A stretch of DNA of 64,000 nucleotides, taken from the NCBI GenBank assembly GCA_018649885.1, contig JABIHA010000066.1, forward strand, positions 1-64,000, in the 5' to 3' direction. Each line of letters opens with the position of its first letter. The stretch's first letter is position 1. The position numbers were made by a program, and so were the translations under genes. Of this stretch, positions 9,550-17,753 are shown piece after piece. The notes under the pieces were generated by a model that worked only from the letters and a program-made list of their open reading frames with translations, was not told where the DNA came from and did not search any database. This DNA comes from Bacteriovoracaceae bacterium. Lineage in GTDB: Bacteria; Bdellovibrionota; Bacteriovoracia; Bacteriovoracales; Bacteriovoracaceae.

Positions 9550-10626
9550 TTACTTATTGTGAGCATCATTAAATTTTCTTAAGGCATTGGAGAATTTTAC
9601 ACATGAAAAAGTGCTGTCGAATTTTTCTATATTGACTTCAACACTCAAAACATTTCCTTCACCTACAAGAATATCTCCAACAAAACCAAACTCCCTAGCT
9701 TCTTCTAGGTCTGAAATATCGATGGCAACATTTCTTTCTTTGAAATAATTTAGAGTCGGTGTCATTGGAACATTGCACTTGGGACCTTTTAGTCCCTTAT
9801 TTTTAACTGTATCTACGATGTGATCCATAAGTGTTTCACACTTAGCAGAAACTCTGATTTTTTCATTATCTTTCGAATTTCTTTGAGTATTGATAAACAT
9901 GAACAGCTCTTTAACTTTTTCAATGTCAGGCATCGACATTAGATTTGGAAGACCATCATCATCATTAGCAATCTCAAGATAGCCAGTTTCTTTGAGAAGG
10001 GTGAAGAATTCTTCATACTTTGCTTCTGAAATAGCAAAAATATCTCCAGCATAAAATTTAAAAATTTTCTTACTCAAGGTGTGGCTAGGGCCATCATCTC
10101 TCTTTTCACCAAAAGATTTCCCCACTAGGTACAGTACTGTTAAGATTTTTACAATTTCAGCATCTTTTAAAAATGCGTAGTGACCAGCTGATCCATATCC
10201 GCCGCCCACATTATTAGACTCGAGTGCTTTAACTTTTGCATTCGTCTTTCTTAGCCTATCTGCCAGTGTGGTTACAATAGTTCTAAACCAGGGATTTAAA
10301 TTTAGGAGGGCCTTTTCAAGAGCAGAAAATGAAATTGCAATCACTTCAGTTTTAACAATGGCCGCAGCTGAACACGATCTTCTTGAATCGGCCCCCTCAC
10401 CAAAATAGGCCATCTCACCTAGAACTTCACCAGATCTTAAAACAGCTAGTTCTACAAAGCCTTTCCCTTTTGGCTTGTACAACCTGAGTTGCCCTTTTTG
10501 AATGATGTACAAACAATCAGCAGCATCTCCCTCTTTAAATAAATCCTGCCCCTGCGCAAGCGCAATTAAGCCAGATTTAGATCCTTTAGATTGTGCTGGT
10601 TGACGTTTTGCGGCCCCTGCTGCCAT
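9550..10626 (-). CDS. Cyclic-nucleotide-binding (Crp/Fnr-like) domain protein
   Basis: LFKEGDAADCLYIIQKG, GEVLGEMAYF..RRSCSA. Confidence 0.88.
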   Translation of the reverse strand: MAAGAAKRQPAQSKGSKSGLIALAQGQDLFKEGDAADCLYIIQKGQLRLYKPKGKGFVELAVLRSGEVLGEMAYFGEGADSRRSCSAAAIVKTEVIAISFSALEKALLNLNPWFRTIVTTLADRLRKTNAKVKALESNNVGGGYGSAGHYAFLKDAEIVKILTVLYLVGKSFGEKRDDGPSHTLSKKIFKFYAGDIFAISEAKYEEFFTLLKETGYLEIANDDDGLPNLMSMPDIEKVKELFMFINTQRNSKDNEKIRVSAKCETLMDHIVDTVKNKGLKGPKCNVPMTPTLNYFKERNVAIDISDLEEAREFGFVGDILVGEGNVLSVEVNIEKFDSTFSCVKFSNALRKFNDAHNK

Positions 10627-10668
10627 AAGCTACTATGCTCCCTTTTTCTATAATAAGGGTAACCTGAA

Positions 10669-11829
10669 TCACCTTCTTCTTACTATCAGGGCAAGAGCTT
10701 CCCCTCCTCCAATACAAATACCCGCCATTCCCAATCTCTTATTTTCTCGTTTCATAGCATTCATTAATGTAACTACAATACGTGTTCCAGAACAGCCGAT
10801 GGGATGGCCTAAACTTACAGCTCCGCCATAAATATTTACCTTACTGTGCTCAATTTCTAGGTCTTTCATTGCCGCCATAGTGACAAGTGCGAAGGCCTCA
10901 TTGATCTCAAACAAATCAATCTCAGAAACCTTTTTACCTGCTCTATCAAGTGCAATTTTCATAGCTTCGACAGGTGCTGTAGTAAACCAGGTAGGGTTTT
11001 GGGCAAATGAGCCATAGGATAAAATTTCAAATTCAGCGCATGGATGTTTTTCATCATTACCTAAAACCACTGCTGCAGCACCATCATTTATTGTAGAGGC
11101 ATTTGCTGCGGTAATTGTTCCATTTTTTTCGAAGGCAGCTCTAAGGGTTTTCATTTTTTCGAAATTTGCTTTTGATGGCCCTTCATCGCAGTCAACTATA
11201 GTTTCTGCTTTTCTAGTTTTAACTGAGACTTTCGCTATTTCATCACTAAAAGCCCCAGACTTTTGAGCGGCCTGTGCCCGAGTAAAAGATTCAATTGAAA
11301 ATTGATCTTGCTGCTCTCTCGTAAAGCCATATTTCTGTGCACACTCTTCTGCACAACTTCCCATAGGCCTATCTGAATAAACATCCCAAAGGCCATCATT
11401 TTGCATGGAATCCAGCATGCTAACATTTCCAAATCGAAATCCATTTCTAGAGCCCGGAACTAAATGAGGCGCCATAGACATATTTTCCATTCCACCTGCC
11501 ACAACAATTTTATTATCTCCACATTTTATTGTTTGAGCTCCAAGTAAAATTGTTTTAAGGCCAGAGCCGCAAACTTTATTAATGGTGGTACAAGGAGTTG
11601 ATTCATCAATTGATGCAAATAGTGCAGCTTGCCTAGCAGGAGCCTGACCAACACCGGCCGTAATAACATTGCCCATAAAAACTTCATCAACATCACTTGT
11701 GCTTACATTGGCCTTTCTTAAGGCCTCTTTGATGGCAACAGCTCCAAGCTTTGGTGCACTTACCGTGCTGAGGGAGCCCATGAATGAGCCCAGCGGAGTT
11801 CTAGCTCCAGATAAAATATAGACAGACAT
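10669..11829 (-). CDS. atoB: Acetyl-CoA C-acetyltransferase (thiolase)
   Basis: NKVCGSG, NEAF, GHPIGCSG and CIGGG motifs. Confidence 0.93.
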   Translation of the reverse strand: MSVYILSGARTPLGSFMGSLSTVSAPKLGAVAIKEALRKANVSTSDVDEVFMGNVITAGVGQAPARQAALFASIDESTPCTTINKVCGSGLKTILLGAQTIKCGDNKIVVAGGMENMSMAPHLVPGSRNGFRFGNVSMLDSMQNDGLWDVYSDRPMGSCAEECAQKYGFTREQQDQFSIESFTRAQAAQKSGAFSDEIAKVSVKTRKAETIVDCDEGPSKANFEKMKTLRAAFEKNGTITAANASTINDGAAAVVLGNDEKHPCAEFEILSYGSFAQNPTWFTTAPVEAMKIALDRAGKKVSEIDLFEINEAFALVTMAAMKDLEIEHSKVNIYGGAVSLGHPIGCSGTRIVVTLMNAMKRENKRLGMAGICIGGGEALALIVRRR

Positions 11830-11902
11830 AATTAGCTCCTTTTCTAATAAGATAGCGGCATATTAGCCTCTTAATGATCAGATAAAAATAGAAATTAGGA
11901 AA

Positions 11903-12241
11903 TTAGCATTTACGCTTAAGTGCTACCGTGTGATAGAAATCTTGGAGACACCCCGTGTCAATCCCTAGACAAAGGCCCTTGCAATCACCGCTGTTTTTGG
12001 CCTTGGCAGTGAAATTAAACTCTTTATGTCCGTCATTCTCTGGAAAGAAAATGGAAACGGCTTTGATATCGCCAAGATCTACGTCTTCAATACTTTTTTC
12101 AAAAATTAGCTCCTGGTCTCCTAAGTGGGTGGCCTGAGGTAGTGGCTTAGCCGAAGGACGACTCCTTCTTTCAAACCAAATTTTGATAGGAAGATCACTT
12201 AGGGGAATAGGCTTTCTTTGTAGTTCTCTTGAAATATCCAT
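11903..12241 (-). CDS. Hypothetical protein
   Basis: Open frame from ATG 12241, divergent from the next gene. Confidence 0.5.
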   Translation of the reverse strand: MDISRELQRKPIPLSDLPIKIWFERRSRPSAKPLPQATHLGDQELIFEKSIEDVDLGDIKAVSIFFPENDGHKEFNFTAKAKNSGDCKGLCLGIDTGCLQDFYHTVALKRKC

Positions 12242-12287
12242 GCTTTCAGTGTAATTAATGGCGAAACACTTGTACAAGAGGGAAAGG

Positions 12288-12740
12288 ATGAACACATTGG
12301 CCCGTAAAACCCAAGAAGTGGGTGGCACACACCTACCTGCCCAGTGGAAAGACCAGGTTACTCAAGTTTTAGAGCTTACCTATGAAACTGGACTCGCATC
12401 AAAAAATAGTTGTTTTGATGTCTTTGGTGTTAGCTTTGATAATGAAATCCTAGTTGTTCTCTCTGTTATCAATAAAGAAAAAGTCGAAATACTTCCAACA
12501 ACACTTTTCCTCTCTGCTGACATGGAAGACAGTGAAAAAAACCTACAAAAAACTCTCGCAGCATTAACTGATGCTTCAGGCGTATTTTTCGATGCCTTTT
12601 TTGAGCAGGAACACTACGATGACTACATCACAAATTGGGCCCCCGAAAAATTTAAAGAATTAGATTTTTTCTACAAAATTTCCAGAGAAAATATCTCCCT
12701 CACTCTAATCGCAAACGAATTACTAAAAGAAGAAAAGTAG
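12288..12740 (+). CDS. Hypothetical protein
   Basis: Purine-rich RBS before ATG 12288; protein-like composition. Confidence 0.75.
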   Translation: MNTLARKTQEVGGTHLPAQWKDQVTQVLELTYETGLASKNSCFDVFGVSFDNEILVVLSVINKEKVEILPTTLFLSADMEDSEKNLQKTLAALTDASGVFFDAFFEQEHYDDYITNWAPEKFKELDFFYKISRENISLTLIANELLKEEK

Positions 12741-12915
12741 TGTCACCCATATTTAGCTTTCTTGGTGTTACCACATATTAACTTCAAAAATTAAGACACG
12801 ACCTGACAGCTTTCTCAACCTTGCTTCGATCTTGTCTAGTATGGGCAATTGTGCAAAAGAGTTGTACTTCTTCCAATGAATTAATAATCAAGTCATTATG
12901 AGTTCTTTCAAAATC

Positions 12916-12971
12916 AAGATTTACTCAATATAGCCGGGAAATTCCAAAAGCTAGGCATTTAGAAAACATTA
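12916..12971. repeat. Flank repeat A, copy 1 (paired with 15569-15624)
   Basis: Hand alignment 38/56 identical, ungapped, mismatches mostly transitions. Confidence 0.65.
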
Positions 12972-13153
12972 ATCATCTGAGCTTTTGCGTAACCCAATTT
13001 TTTTTTTAGGTGAGCTCACAAACCTTGCTAATTTTGTAGACAGGGATGTACTTACAGTACAGTAGACACCCTATTAAGTCCCACCAAATTCATTAATCTT
13101 CTAAATTATCAAAGTTTAATAATAGGTCCCTCTTTTCCTTTTCAAGCTCCAAA

Positions 13154-13170
13154 TTGGCATCAGTATTGCA
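13154..13170 (+). promoter_or_regulatory. sigma54 -24/-12 promoter
   Basis: TTGGCATCAGTATTGCA, GG-N10-GC spacing, about 54 nt upstream of ATG 13224. Confidence 0.7.
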
Positions 13171-13223
13171 ACTTAAGCACTCAAAACTTAAAGAGATAGG
13201 TCCTGAGAAAAAGGAGAATACTG

Positions 13224-13813
13224 ATGAATATGTTACTTTTTAGCTTATTAATTGCTTGTGGAGTTGGACAACATCAATTTACTCTTGATGACGTAGAAGG
13301 AATTCTTTCTTCAAAAACTGAAGAGCAAGAATCACTCGCAATGCTTTTGCGTACGATAGATCTCTTCCACAAACCCCTGAAGAAGAAGAAACTCTCTATC
13401 TCGATGGAAAAATAGTAGACATCAAAGATACTGATACCTCCTTAATTAAGTCTGTCGATCTTGAGTTTGGAGCTTTCAGAGAGTTTGGAGGAGCATTTGA
13501 TTTTTATTATAATCTGGGAATACTTTCTCACTCTGAACTGATGGATTTAATGGACAACCCCAGTCAGAAGTTGGACCTTTCATTAATTACTCCAGATGAC
13601 TATATTGTTCGTGGGGAAATTGTTGAGATTAGAGATGATGTTTATCCAATGGAAATAAAAATTGACTTTGTCGTTGATAATCGACACCAACCTGGAATCT
13701 ATGCTGGCTATGCTAATAAACATCAATATGCAGAACCTATAAGCCTAGTAGATTTGGAACATGAGGCAGCTCCTTACGTAAAAGATGATCTTTCTGAAGT
13801 TTGTACTGATTAA
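13224..13813 (+). pseudogene. Frameshifted lipoprotein gene (ORFs 13224-13415 and 13541-13813 joined by a -1 shift)
   Basis: Lipobox LIAC; the downstream frame is open from 13322 to 13813 and overlaps the first ORF. Confidence 0.65.
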
Positions 13814-13818
13814 TAATC

Positions 13819-14014
13819 CTAAGTTCTAACTTTAAAAATAATTATTAAAGCTCGCAATTGTAAGCGAGCTTTTTTCTTTGCCCTTAATCAAAATTTTTGT
13901 ATTAAAAAAGAGACTTCTCTGAATAATATTTCTCCAAATAAGATTTGGCATAGCTTCAAAATGCCTGATAGATCAAAACTTAATTTCTTATACGTAAGAT
14001 CGGATTTTAAATTT
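13819..14014. repeat. Flank repeat B, copy 1 (paired with 16045-16214); probable decayed minus-strand ORF
   Basis: Shared TGGCATAGCTTCAAA, TAGATCA, TACGTAAGATC and CTAAGTT blocks. Confidence 0.75.
13848..13875 (+). terminator. Intrinsic terminator-like hairpin
   Basis: AAGCTCGC-AATTGTAA-GCGAGCTT followed by a T-run. Confidence 0.6.
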
Positions 14015-14032
14015 TAAATTTTACTTTTGGGT

Positions 14033-14105
14033 TTTTTGCTTTTTTTTTGGTACGCACCTGAAATTAGAGCGCTCATTGCACCTAATCCTTAGAATATGGA
14101 GCTAC
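14033..14105. repeat. GGTAC palindromic (REP-like) repeat C, copy 1
   Basis: T-rich run then GGTAC...TCATTGCA...TAC; homologous to 15462-15545; overlaps the HNH stop codon. Confidence 0.6.
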
Positions 14106-14980
14106 GAAAAACTAATTTTTAAGCAGATTTTTTCCAAAGACTTGGCCCCAAAGTCTAAAATAAATTGCCTGGTATTGTGGTTTTTGCATACAAGTCTTAA
14201 ATTCTCCAATGTATTTTTCCCTCCCTTTGAATAGGGGATGATGTAGTGATCAAATTCCAGGTTTCTGGTTTCAGTGCACCTTCCCCTGTGCATGCTAACA
14301 TGCTCGCAGGTGTAACCCGCCCTTCTTCGAATCTTTCTTTTTATCACTTGGGAAATATACCGAGATCTTGTACCTTGTATTGGAGAAGGCCTTCGAATTG
14401 CTTTTAATTCACATTTTTTAACTTGTTTCAATTTATCTTCAAGGGCCACTTCAAGCAGTTTGGTCTGATCCTCTCCTGTGAGATCTTGCAGCTCATTTAA
14501 AAGTTTCAAGATTTTCTTAGAGACCTTTAATTTAGGGAGGACTTCACTTTTTGGTGAGTACGAAGGCCTTGACGGCGGCGTAGACAAAATCTCTCTTGCT
14601 TTTGATATGGGGACTCCCACAATTTTTGAAATAACTTCCTCTTTTTTTGCCACCGATTTGTCGGACTGCTTTGTGAGATAATCACTGGCCACAACCGCAG
14701 CAGTTAGTGAGAGCTCTCCTTTTTGGATCGCCTTTTCAATTTGATCCGAGTTTGCCATTAACTTCATGGCCGTGACCCTATAATAAGCCTCTCCACGAGT
14801 ATAACCCAGCTCTTCCACACAATACTCATTGAGTGTTCTGCAGTTATACTCAGTAAACAATCTTCTTCTATAAATTTCTTTCAAGTGGAGAAGCACAATA
14901 TGGAGTTGATCCTTTTCTTTTTTCACTTCTAGTAGAACACTTTTTAATAATTTATCATCACTCATCTTCTCAATAATCAC
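14102..14980 (-). CDS. HNH endonuclease with helical N-terminal domain
   Basis: GGAGG RBS plus GTG at 14980; C-terminal CEH..RC..LEFDH..PYSKGG..NLRLVCKNHN; N-terminal LLHLKEIYRRRLF..YCVEELGY. Confidence 0.88.
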   Translation of the reverse strand: MIIEKMSDDKLLKSVLLEVKKEKDQLHIVLLHLKEIYRRRLFTEYNCRTLNEYCVEELGYTRGEAYYRVTAMKLMANSDQIEKAIQKGELSLTAAVVASDYLTKQSDKSVAKKEEVISKIVGVPISKAREILSTPPSRPSYSPKSEVLPKLKVSKKILKLLNELQDLTGEDQTKLLEVALEDKLKQVKKCELKAIRRPSPIQGTRSRYISQVIKRKIRRRAGYTCEHVSMHRGRCTETRNLEFDHYIIPYSKGGKNTLENLRLVCKNHNTRQFILDFGAKSLEKICLKISFS

Positions 14981-15461
14981 CTTTAACCTCCAATCGCTCC
15001 AGCAGCTTACCACGGATTTATCACCCAAATTCTGGACCCATAAAGCACAACAAGAGCCACTATATTTTAAATTTGATTATAGATGTTGAATAGTATTAAA
15101 GAAGCACCATCTAGGCAGTTCTAAAGAGTGTAGCACCCTCTAAAAAGAATCTCATTTCCATTTCTCCCACTCAAAACTGAAGGAAAACTTAACTCCCAAG
15201 CACTTTCTCCTAATAAAACCTATCATCAAAGTCAGCAATTCCAAAATTGAAATCCCTCCCCAAACCTCCCCATAAAAGAAATCCTCAAAAACATATACCA
15301 ACTACAAAATACCCACATCACAAAACTCATCAAAACAACTCTAAACTATACCGTGATAAAAGGGCCGCCCCAAAACTAAACCTGAAACTCAACCTTCCCA
15401 CGGCCCGTGAACTACAAATCCCCTTGTTTGAACGTCTTTGAAGGCAAAATATTTGTGGTGC

Positions 15462-15545
15462 TTTTTGCATTTTGTTTTTTGGTACATCCACACCCATGAG
15501 ACTTAGTGTGTTCATTGCATTCAGTCCCAAAAGTGTAGACGTACC
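15462..15545. repeat. GGTAC palindromic (REP-like) repeat C, copy 2
   Basis: GGTACATCCACAC...GTGTAGACGTACC and TGAGACT...AGTCCCA inverted arms. Confidence 0.7.
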
Positions 15546-15568
15546 TAATTGTACCTAATTGCCTAATT
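15541..15568. repeat. Short tandem repeat GTACCTAATT x2 plus GCCTAATT
   Basis: Directly visible, abutting the palindrome. Confidence 0.85.
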
Positions 15569-15624
15569 GAAATTCACTCAGGATAGCTGAGGAATTCCAA
15601 AAATCGGGAACACAAAAACCATTA
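15569..15624. repeat. Flank repeat A, copy 2
   Basis: See 12916-12971. Confidence 0.65.
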
Positions 15625-15724
15625 CTTTGCAGAAAAAAAATGCAAGGTTTACATCGATTAGTACAATTATTATCGGAAGTCTATATACTTTGGTTACATA
15701 CACGCCAACCAAGGAATAAAATTA

Positions 15725-16048
15725 ATGAAACCATTTTTTTTTGCTCTAACTCTTTTAGTTTCTTTTAACCTAAGAGCTTATGACGTCCTTCATAAAACAA
15801 AAATAGAATATACAGTAAAGTTGTACCCCCCCATAAAGGAAAAGAATGTCTCTCCAAGCAAAGTAAAAGAATGGGAAGACTTGGCAATACAAAAATTAAA
15901 AGGAGAGGCTGCTTCATGGTCAGGCTCCGGAAAAATCATGAACTTGACAATAAATGAAGATTGTCAAAAAGAATGCTTCCATCAAACATTTGGATCTGTA
16001 CTTGAAGGCGTTACTTGTACTGCTGAAATTCTCTATTTAAAAGACTAA
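15725..16048 (+). CDS. Hypothetical secreted protein
   Basis: AAGGA RBS; MKPFFFALTLLVSFNLRA signal peptide. Confidence 0.72.
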   Translation: MKPFFFALTLLVSFNLRAYDVLHKTKIEYTVKLYPPIKEKNVSPSKVKEWEDLAIQKLKGEAASWSGSGKIMNLTINEDCQKECFHQTFGSVLEGVTCTAEILYLKD

Positions 16049-16214
16049 GTTTTAATACTTAATATGCTCAAAAAGACCCGCAATTTCGAAGCAATTCTTT
16101 TATTTTAAGGTAACATAACCCTTGTGTTAAAGAAGATCTACAATGATTGTGGCATAGCTTCAAAGCCTCCGACTAGATCACAACTTCTTGTACGTAAGAT
16201 CAGATTCTAATTTT
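16045..16214. repeat. Flank repeat B, copy 2
   Basis: See 13819-14014. Confidence 0.75.
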
Positions 16215-16221
16215 TGGATAT

Positions 16222-16255
16222 AAAAAAGCCTCACTGTAGTTAGTGAGGCTTTTTT
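16222..16255. terminator. Bidirectional intrinsic terminator
   Basis: AAAAAAGCCTCACT-GTAGTT-AGTGAGGCTTTTTT. Confidence 0.85.
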
Positions 16256-16290
16256 GTTTATTTATAATAATATTCTAAAGAATAAAAAGA

Positions 16291-17289
16291 TTAGCCTATT
16301 TCGTCTTCTTCGAAAGTTCTTGCAGCCGGGCTTACGGCCTTTGTCTCACTTGCCATATCTGTATCGGCATCGAGGTCAATATTCTCACCTTCATCAAACT
16401 CAAAAGTTGTATCGATATTTAAGCTTTTTAAAACTGTGTAGAAGGTTTTTTCGTCAGATAACTCACCTCTGACTGCTTCAATAAATTTCGGTGGATATTT
16501 CTCTACTAGCTCCATTATTGATTCTACAAGTTTTCCCTCTTCGAGAATAACTCTTTTCTTAATAATACTCTTCCAGTTGGAGATATAATGAAGTCTACAG
16601 TAGCCAGAAGTTGTAGCTAGGTTTTCACAGCCTCTTTCCCTGCACTCATCTGTACCAGTCAAATTATAGTAATCAAGTTCAATTAGCGCTTTTCTAATAT
16701 CTTCTAATTTATAGCTCTCACTTAAGGCCACAATCTCATCAACAATTTTCTCTTCTACTTCCTGAGTAATCTTAGCCTTTTCTTTCTCAGGCATATTGGC
16801 CACTGACTTGCTATTAAGTTTTTCTTCTTTTTTAGCAGCGGCACTAGTTTTCTTGGCCTTAGTAGTTTTTTTCTCTACAACCTTTTCTTTCTTTTCTGGA
16901 GCAGCCTTTAAACTTTTAACAACTCCTTTGATACCTTTTACGATTTTAGAGGCAGTTGAAATTGGGTTTTTATCGGCCTTAACTGATTTTTTCAGATCTT
17001 TCTTTGAGACCTTTTTAACAACTTTTTTGACAACTTTTTTGCTAGCAGCTTTTTTTGCCACTTTTTTTGCCACTTTTTTTGCCACTTTTTTAGCTACTTT
17101 CTTTGCAGCTTTTTTCGCAACAACTTTTTTGGCCACTTTTTTCTTAGCAACTTTTTTGGCCACTTTTTTTGCAGCTTTTTTCGCAACAACTTTTTTAGCT
17201 ACTTTTTTCTTAGCAACTTTTTTGGCCACTTTTTTCTTAGCTGTCTTCTTAGATGCTACTTTTTTCTTAGCAGTTTTTTTCTTTGCCAT
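16291..17289 (-). CDS. Histone H1-like Lys/Ala repeat protein with C-terminal Cys/His domain
   Basis: About 90 aa of KKVAK repeats; CRERGC-x9-CRLH; acidic tail. Confidence 0.8.
   Translation of the reverse strand: MAKKKTAKKKVASKKTAKKKVAKKVAKKKVAKKVVAKKAAKKVAKKVAKKKVAKKVVAKKAAKKVAKKVAKKVAKKVAKKAASKKVVKKVVKKVSKKDLKKSVKADKNPISTASKIVKGIKGVVKSLKAAPEKKEKVVEKKTTKAKKTSAAAKKEEKLNSKSVANMPEKEKAKITQEVEEKIVDEIVALSESYKLEDIRKALIELDYYNLTGTDECRERGCENLATTSGYCRLHYISNWKSIIKKRVILEEGKLVESIMELVEKYPPKFIEAVRGELSDEKTFYTVLKSLNIDTTFEFDEGENIDLDADTDMASETKAVSPAARTFEEDEIG
17054..17233. repeat. Coding tandem repeats (12-nt unit x3; 66-nt unit x2)
   Basis: TTTGCCACTTTT x3 near 17054; 66-nt period starting at 17102 and 17168. 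Confidence 0.8.
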
Positions 17290-17352
17290 TTTGAGTCAAC
17301 TCCGAAAATAAGGGTGTAGAGGCTGTGTACCGTAGCACTATCTATTTAAAAG

Positions 17353-17748
17353 TTAAAGTTTCACCGTCTCTTTAATGTATTTGGCCATTTCGGCAAGTCC
17401 AGATCCAGAGGTAAATATCTGGGCAACGCCCTGGTCCAAAAGGCCCTGATGATCCGCATCGGGGATAATTCCCCCCAAAATCACCTTTTTATCCTCTGCT
17501 TCATTGTCTTTGAGAAGTTTCATTACCTCAGGCACAATCTGTCCATGGGCACCTGACAGTATGGAAAGACCTATGACATCCACATCTTCATCAAGTGCAG
17601 CCCTTACAACCATTTCCGGAGTTTGGTGTAATCCAGTATAGATTACCTCCATACCGGCATCCCTCAGGGCCTTGGCTATTACTTTGGCCCCGCGGTCGTG
17701 CCCGTCGAGACCAGGTTTTGCAATAAGTACTCTTATATTACGAGACAT
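17353..17748 (-). CDS. Cobalamin-binding small subunit of an acyl-CoA mutase
   Basis: AKPGLDGHDRGAKV, GLSILSGAH and GGIIP motifs. Confidence 0.92.
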   Translation of the reverse strand: MSRNIRVLIAKPGLDGHDRGAKVIAKALRDAGMEVIYTGLHQTPEMVVRAALDEDVDVIGLSILSGAHGQIVPEVMKLLKDNEAEDKKVILGGIIPDADHQGLLDQGVAQIFTSGSGLAEMAKYIKETVKL

Positions 17749-17753
17749 AATTT

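Noticed and set aside
14102..14980. IscB or Cas9-like nuclease, or CRISPR locus
   Set aside because: No PLMP or RuvC motifs and no repeat-spacer array anywhere in the window.
15247..15530. Short ORFs 15247-15441 (+) and 15330-15530 (-)
   Set aside because: TTG starts, no RBS; by-products of compositional skew and the palindrome.
15541..15568. Integron attC/attI sites (GCCTAAT resembles RYYTAAC)
   Set aside because: No AAC/GTT core match and no integrase in the window.
16796..17311. 171-aa hydrophobic FLAT-repeat ORF on the + strand
   Set aside because: Antisense shadow of the KKVAK repeat gene.
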